A stretch of 64,000 nucleotides of DNA from Cladosporium halotolerans (taxonomy: Eukaryota). The stretch covers positions 1-64,000 of the forward strand of contig NW_027191483.1 of NCBI RefSeq assembly GCF_011745625.1. Direction: 5' to 3'. The first letter of the stretch is position 1, and each line of letters opens with the position of its first letter. The translations under genes were made by a program, and so were the position numbers. The notes beneath the pieces were generated by a model. The model made no database searches. It saw only the letters and a list, made by a program, of their open reading frames with translations, and was not told the DNA's origin. Positions 57,238 through 64,000 of this stretch are shown here, piece by piece.

Positions 57238-59119
57238 TCACCTCAACTCGGTGAAAACCCCCTCATCCAACCCCTTAGCAACAAGCTCATCCTGTCGGAC
57301 ACTCTGCCTCTGCCGCCAATCTCTCTCGTGCTGCCCATACAGCGCCTGCACCGTCGGGCTCATGCCGCTCATGGTCGCCTGGCTCGCGCGCTTGCCGGTG
57401 TCCGGACCCTGGCGCGAAGCCTGCGACAGGAGCGACGCGTGGCTCATGTTCTGCGGGTTCGTGAAGCGCTGGTGCGGGTGCTGCTGCTGTTGCTGTTGGT
57501 GGTGGGGCAGGATGAGGGATTGGCGGGAGACGTTGGAGGAGGGTGTGGGTTGGGAGAATGATTGACGGGCGGAGGACGGGGGTTGGGCGAGCGATTGGCG
57601 GGAGGCGTTGAGGCTGGGAGGGTATGATTCGAGCGGGGATACGCGGTGCGCGCGCGTGTTGGCTGTGTGGTAGGTTGCGGGCGTAGAGACGCCGGAGCTG
57701 GAGCCTGTGGAGGGTTTGTAGATGGCTGGCGTGACGGTGCCGGGTGGGGAGAGGGTTTGGGGGGATGGGTTTCGAGAGAAGTTGATCGATTGTCGTCGTG
57801 AGGGGTTTGCGCTGTCTGTGACGATACTGGGAGTGCCAGTGCTGTTACCGCTGCCATTGGCGTTGCCATTGACGTTGCCGTTGCCGTTGCCGTTGCGGCC
57901 CTGGGGACTCAAGGCACGGGCAACATCAGGACCGACGGTGCGGATCGTACTGGTGTATGGATTTGGATAGACGGAGTATTTCGACAGGCGCTTGTTTCGT
58001 ATGGCTGTGTCCGCTTCGGGTCCGTGTCGAACGGTAGGAGATGGTGCTGCGAGAGGGTCGTCTTCGTAAGTCGTCGGGCCCGTAATAACTTCATGTGCGT
58101 CGTCTGCTTCCCAGCTATGAGCGCTGCCGCCACTCGGCGCGCTGCGGTCACCGCCATTCGGTGCACTTTCGGCAGGGGCTAAGTTGCTGGTCTTTAATTT
58201 GATGTTGTTTGGAGGAAGTGGTTCTGTGCTCGTCTTCGGCGGCTGTGATTGTCAGGCAGATGGACTATGCATTTGTGTTGCTTTGCGCGAGGCCTGTTGG
58301 CTTACTGGTGAGTCGCGAACCCGTGATCGGCTGCAGGAGAGTTAGCTTACGGTTTCTTGTGAGCAACACTGTGTGCTGTCGCTCACCTCTTTCGTCTTGC
58401 AACCGAGCTGAACAGCTTTCTGATGCCTCTCGGTTGCTCCTCCTGTTGTGGTGATGAGTTCTGTGGTTGTTGCGGTTGTTGCGGTTGGGGAGCTTGTGAT
58501 TGCTGCCCCTGCTGCTATCTCGTTAGCGACTGTTTTACATGGTTGCAATGCAATTGACACCGCAACTTACACTCGAGACTGCGGATCGAGGTGTGACCGA
58601 TCGTTGTGTCTGCGGCCGCCGCGATTCGCGCTCCGGTTCACGGTACGGATACGTTGCTACCCTCGCGACCTCCTCCTGCTCCTCGAGTTCGCTAGTGGTA
58701 GGAGCCCACCGCTCTTCATCCCCACAGACAACAATATACCAAGCAACCTTCTCTTCCGGTGCCAGCTTGTCCCTCAGCTCCATCATCGAAGCCCACTGAT
58801 CGTTCGGCACGCCTTTTCCTCGAATCTCATCCACATCCACGCCCAGCTTGACCTCCTCCACGACGTCGGCGACGTACGCATACGGCTGGCTGCCAGACCC
58901 GGCCGTCGTGTCGTTGGGGTCGTACTGCTCGACGAACCGCAGGTGCGGCAGGTGCTCCATGCTCTCCGGGTACAGCTCGTTGAAGTTGTCGAGCATCTCG
59001 CGCGTGGTGCCCGGCGCGACGAGCCATTCCGCCGCCGCGTCCTCGAGGTTGTGCAGGATGATGTGGATGCGGATCGCGGGTCGCGGCCAGCGAAAGCCGT
59101 GGATGAAGTAGACCGGCAT
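57238..59119 (-). CDS. FlbE-like developmental-regulator domain protein with long disordered C-terminus (exons 59119-58571, 58514-58387, 58330-58306, 58242-57238)
   Basis: MPVYFIHGFRWPR..IRIHIILHNLEDAAAEW, LRFVEQYDP.D....SQPYAYVAD, LRDKLAPEEKVAWYIVVCGDEER match the FlbE-type domain as I recall it. Three GT..CTRAC..AG introns join it in frame to the 57238-57912 ORF. Confidence 0.8.
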
Positions 59120-60263
59120 TGTTGTTTACCTCGCGCCGGACGAGAGCTCGTCTTCGATTCGGCGCTCTTGTCGCGACTTGTTGTCGCTCGACTTCGTGCC
59201 GAGGACAATCGCCGCCAGGCTATAATCGTTCGGCGGCACAGTATAGGCTCTGCGGGCCTCAGGCGTACCAAATAATCCGGATGGCTGGCCCTACCCCACG
59301 GGTCCAAGCTAGCGCGGCAGTCGCAATGGTCAGGAACCCAATGGCGGCAGCGAATTGAAGGATGACGAGAGAAGGTCAGAGAGATAGAGAGTCACAGGAA
59401 CAACAAGGCACGGCGTCACACGGAACCAGCGACCTCTACGCGTGCGTCCTGTGCCCGAGTCTGAGTCCCAAGAAGTCGCTTCGCCTGGGCCGCGGCGCTG
59501 GATCGATCGGCCGGCCTATAGAGGAGCGCGGTAATGGGCTCTGCGTCCGCCGGGCCACGCGCAGGAAATAATAAACCGTTGTGATATCGGCCGACGGTGT
59601 CCCTCGAAGCCTTGAAACGGCGTTGCTTGTTGCGCGCAGGTCACGCCGTGGGACGCGTGCGGTGAGCCCTTCGACGTGGCTGAGGTATGAATGCGCCAGC
59701 CGAGTCGCGGGCGTGCGGTGCTTTTGACTTCCGGGGAGGCGAGCAGGGACGCCTAGGTTGTCTCACTGCCGGATGGCGGAACGTGGCATGCGCTGTGATA
59801 GCAGCCAATGCGCGTGGGATAAGACAAGGTTACGTGCCGGGACGAGGCGGTAGCTTTATGCTGTGGTGGTGAGAGGGCGTGACGGCGGCAGACGACTCGC
59901 TGAAGGAGCGCAGCAAACGCGCAAGCGCATTGTTGTTATCCTCGAAGGCGAGCGAGCGCGTCGTCGCCAGCGCACCGGAGGTGTAAAAGGCTAATCCCAT
60001 CTCACGCAGCACAGCGCAGCGCAGCAAGCACAGCGCGAAGCCGCCGCCTTCTGGCTGGAGAGCCGAAGCCCTGCACTGATTGCACGGTTGCATCGCCGAA
60101 TCAACGCATCCAGAGGCGCCGGGCGCAGGGACGCACACGACAGATCCCCGATGCGCTATCCCCAAAGCACGCCGTCTCGTCTTCTTTAAGAACCCGACTC
60201 GACAGGCACCTACCCTACCTCACCACACCTGCCACTCGCCCCGCGGGGCCTCCGCCTCCAGCC

Positions 60264-61301
60264 ATGCCCCTCCACCTCCTCGGCAAGAAGTCATGGAACG
60301 TGTACAACGAAGACAATGTCTCGCGCGTGCGGCGCGATGAGGCCGACGCAAGGGCGCGCGAGGAGGCCGCCGAGCAGCGCATGCAGGAGCAGGATGCCGC
60401 GCGACGCATGGCGCTGCTGCGAGGCGAGGAGCCGCCGCCCGCACTACCGGAGCCGGACGAGGATCATCTCGATCGCAGGCGTGGAGACGATGTGGGAGGT
60501 GCATCGCGTGGACACAAGCGGCGACGGTTGAAGGGCGAAGATGATACGGATAGGGAGGTGCGGTACGCGCGGGAGGATGCTGAGGCCGGAGAGAGGATGC
60601 GTGAAGGGATGCGGGAGAGGAGTGGGAAGGGCGATGATAGGCCTCTGCAGGATGGTGCGGGTCACATCCAGCTTTTCTCTGCGCCTGAGGAGCGAGGGAA
60701 GGGGAGGACGAAGGAAAGCAAGGAGGAGAGAGAACAAAGACGGAAGAAAGAGCAAGAGGAACAGCAGCAACAGGGCATGCGCTTTACCGATGCTGCTGGG
60801 TATCGCTCAGGTGCGAGCAAACCCTGGTACACTGCGTCTGACGTCCGACATGATGAAAGTAGAACAGCGAACGAGCTTATGCTTGCCGATATTCAAGGTA
60901 AGGATGTCTGGGGCAACGAGGACCCTCGGCGAAAAGAAAGAGAACAGAACAGGATCGTCAGTAACGATCCCTTTGCTATGATGCAGCGAGCGCAAAAGCA
61001 ATTGAAACAGAGCGAAGGCGACAGAGAGAAGTGGAAACGAGAGCGCGATCGAGAGCTACAGGAGCTCAAGTGGGAAGATGAGAGGAAGCAAAGGCGCGAA
61101 AGAAAGCAGGAGAGACGCAGTAGACGGCGAGATGACGATGAAGATGAAGGCCTCGAAGGTTTCAGTCTCGACAGCCCAGCAAAGGAACTGAGAAGTCGTC
61201 GCAACGACCATGACAGGCATAGGAGGCACCACCATCATCGCTCTCACCGACACCGTAGCGATCGAAGTAGAAGTCGATCAAGAGATCGTGAGCGGAGGTA
61301 G
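60264..61301 (+). CDS. Cir_N-domain (LENG1-like) nuclear/splicing-associated protein with RS/RH-rich tail
   Basis: MPLHLLGKKSWNVYN.DNV.RVRRDEA N-terminus, GHIQLF, KPWY, KDVWGNEDPRRKERE...NDP, C-terminal RSRSRSRDRERR. Confidence 0.85.
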   Translation: MPLHLLGKKSWNVYNEDNVSRVRRDEADARAREEAAEQRMQEQDAARRMALLRGEEPPPALPEPDEDHLDRRRGDDVGGASRGHKRRRLKGEDDTDREVRYAREDAEAGERMREGMRERSGKGDDRPLQDGAGHIQLFSAPEERGKGRTKESKEEREQRRKKEQEEQQQQGMRFTDAAGYRSGASKPWYTASDVRHDESRTANELMLADIQGKDVWGNEDPRRKEREQNRIVSNDPFAMMQRAQKQLKQSEGDREKWKRERDRELQELKWEDERKQRRERKQERRSRRRDDDEDEGLEGFSLDSPAKELRSRRNDHDRHRRHHHHRSHRHRSDRSRSRSRDRERR

Positions 61302-62944
61302 TGGTGGTGAACCGAGACGAAGCTACGAACTCATGAGACCGGAGTTATGAACCTACGAAACAATGTATAGGTAGATGTACCCTATGTAGATGCACACACG
61401 GCCCCATGGCAGCCGCGTGCAAATGAATCTGCAAGCTTCACGGAGCAATCCCACGTGTTTGATGTGAGCTCAATACCTTGCACGTATGCATGTTCGACGA
61501 AAAGTACGGTAGCCGGGATGAGAGACGATTGGAGGGTGACGTTTGTTTACTGGCAGGTTGATGCAACCCCCATGCATCGGGTTCCTGGTACATGGCTACA
61601 GAGTCGTTTGACATCGGGCGTCCGTTCCCTTGCATGCATTTCCAAACAAGCGGATGTTCCGACCACGTCGAGCGGAATACCGGAAATGTACACCGGAACA
61701 ATTTTGTAGCTACGGCATTGCTGCAGACCGCCGACAACGAACAGAGTTCGAGGCACAATAGCAGAACTGAGGAGCTTTCGGCAAATAAGGAAACACCAGA
61801 CTCCCATATGCTTCGTCCTTTTGCCGGTGTCGTCGGCTTCTATCAATCCCAACAATTTATGTCGGGCTGCGACCCGGTGGAGGGAAGCATGGCTGGCTTT
61901 TCAGCCGCCGACGAAACAGCCAAATTGTGCTGGCGAAGTCCAAATCGCCGTCCCAACTCCAGCCAAGACAAGTCCTCGGCCATCGGACATTCTTGCCCTT
62001 TCCGCCGGCGGCGTGGCTCGCCTTCGCCCTACGAGAATTGCGCGAGCAGCGAGGCACCTCAGACAGCCAGCAGCACAGCAGACGCCCGGACATGGTGGGA
62101 TGATGACAGCAGGCTCGCGCCGTTGCAGGGCCGCCACTCAGCCCCGCGGATAAAGGCAAACGGTTGCTACGCCTGCGGAAAAACCAAACAGCGTCATGCC
62201 CGCCGTCTCATCTCCCGGCAGCGGAGATGCAGTGCGAACAGTGCTTGGCTAGCACGCGGCGAAATGGCATAGGGCGAATGGCCGCCTGTCGACCCGATAA
62301 GGGAGGGCGGCGTGGGCAGGGCAGCGTGGGCAGCCAGACGGACGGGTGTGACAGCGTGCTACACCGCATTACAGTAATAGTAGCTCCGGGCGACGAAACG
62401 CGGCCGTACTGCGGTTTCGCGCTCGCCGTCGACGGCATGACGATCGATGCGTGTCAGTGCTGGTGAGAGGTGGCTCAAGTGGGAGGGCTGGTGGGCCTGC
62501 TCGGCAACGGAAGCAGCGCGCTCTGGCTCGACTTTGTCCTGGTGGGCGAGGGAGGGCGCGGAGGGCGCGCAGAGCCGCGGCAAACAGCAGAGCGTGGGCA
62601 GACCAGACAGAGAGGGAGGGCAAACACTCGCGCGCCGCTGCAAACTCACGACTCCCTTCGCGCATTGAGCTGAGCGTCGCCCTGACCGTCCATCGCTGAG
62701 CTGCTGCACCTCCGCCTGCTGTCGCCCGCGGCCTCCCGGCACTGTAATCGCTTACCTGATCCCGCCGAACGCGCGACCTGCCAGCCAGCCCGGTCCCACA
62801 TTACTCGCCCCTCCTCCGATGCTCATGACCTTCCCAACCAAAACTTCCAGCGGCAGCCACCACCCAAATACCTCGCCTACCACTACTGCCCAGCGTCGTC
62901 TCGACACACTCTCGCAACACATCACCGACACCACCTCCGCCACC

Positions 62945-64000
62945 ATGTCTTCCGAGCCTGTGTGAGTTCCTCCATCCCGCAACCCCCACCATCGTCGCCC
63001 AGCTGCCCCGCCATCCCACCGCCTGCTCGAGAAATCCTCCGCCAGAGCTCCGCCATCGCCATGGCTGCGAATGCATACGCGGTGGACAGCAGCGGCGCTG
63101 TAGATACACACACGCACCTCCTGTATCAGGAGTCTGCTCGCTCAAACGGCGACAATCGAGCGTTCCGCAAAATTCTCATGGCCTATGACACAACCCCACG
63201 TATACCCAGATGGCAGCATCACAACATTGCAAACGCCCGCCAGAGCAGCAGCTGACCTGGCTTCCTTCACAGTGGAGACTTCGGTCTCATTGGCCTTGCG
63301 GTCATGGGCCAGAACCTGATCCTCAACGCCGCCGACCACGGCCACACCGTCGTTGCCTTCAACCGCACCGTCGCCAAGGTCGACCGCTTCCTCGAGAACG
63401 AGGCCAAGGGCAAGAGCATTGTTGGCGCACACAGCATCAAGGAGTTCATCTCCAAGCTCAAGAAGCCCAGGCGCATGATGCTCCTCGTCATGGCCGGCAA
63501 GCCCGTCGACGACTTCATCGAGCTCCTCCTCGAGAACGGCCTTGAGGAGGGTGACATCGTCATCGACGGTGGCAACTCTCACTTCCCCGACACCAACCGC
63601 CGCACCAAGTACCTCCAGTCCAAGGGCATCCGCTACGTCGGCTCCGGTGTCTCCGGTGGTGAGGAGGGTGCCCGCTACGGCCCCTCCATCATGCCCGGTG
63701 GTAACGAGGAGGCCTGGCCTTACATCAAGGACATCCTCCAGGACATCTCCGCCAAGTCTGACGGCGAGGCCTGCTGCCAGTGGGTCGGTGACGAGGGTGC
63801 TGGCCACTACGTCAAGATGGTTCACAACGGTATTGAGTACGGTGACATGCAGCTCATCTCTGAGGTCAGTGCAGCATTGGAATCATATCGAGACCAAAAA
63901 CTAACATTCTGCAGGCCTACGACATCCTGAAGCGTGGTGTCGGTCTCAGCAACAAGGAGATCGGTGACGTTTTCGCCGAGTGGAACAAGGGCGTGCTCGA
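62945..64000 (+). CDS. GND1: 6-phosphogluconate dehydrogenase, decarboxylating (5' part; exons 62945-62961, 63273-63864, 63915->64000)
   Basis: MSSEPV|GDFGLIGLAVMGQNLILN, IDGGNSHFPDT, GSGVSGGEEGARYGPS.MPGG, GAGHYVKMVHNGIEYGDMQLISE|AYD. Strongly C-ending codon usage. Confidence 0.98.

Noticed and set aside
61400..62900. 226-aa ORF (61592-62272) and neighbours upstream of GND1
   Set aside because: No motifs or codon bias; more simply explained as the long promoter region of a highly expressed gene.
1..64000. tRNA, 5S rRNA, transposons, telomeric arrays, CRISPR
   Set aside because: No cloverleaf/T-loop consensus, transposase or reverse-transcriptase motifs, terminal repeats, (TTAGGG)n arrays or repeat-spacer arrays were seen by eye; a tRNAscan-SE/Rfam/RepeatMasker run would be needed to exclude them formally.

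Overview
Gene-dense, intron-containing genomic DNA from a filamentous ascomycete (GT-AG introns of ~50-110 nt with CTRAC branch points; probably a Dothideomycete, by inference only). About 24 protein-coding genes can be supported. Core genes: MAD1, BUB1/MAD3-type kinase, Ariadne RBR E3 ligase, eIF2B-epsilon, RFA1, UTP20, CWF19/DRN1-like, an FLC/TRP-like channel and the 5' part of GND1. Two accessory-looking blocks: (i) 4.8-13.7 kb, with an actinobacterial PptH-like metallophosphoesterase, a histidine phosphatase, an MFS pump, a Zn2Cys6 factor and an amino-acid permease; (ii) 16.6-28.4 kb, between MAD1 and BUB1, with a HeLo-like/ankyrin protein, two tandem secreted PTG-repeat proteins and a CorA-like protein. 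Most notable observations: the fungal PptH-like candidate phosphopantetheine hydrolase; a bacterial-type NMT1/THI5-fold gene lacking the Thi5 catalytic motifs; a candidate ACG-initiated, NLS-bearing N-terminal extension of the Ariadne ligase; about ten recurrent ~1-kb C-rich to G-rich skew switches that ignore gene orientation; and three apparent small frameshifts, which may be assembly errors. No tRNA, rRNA, transposon or CRISPR array was recognised. All homology calls are from motif recognition by eye, not database searches.
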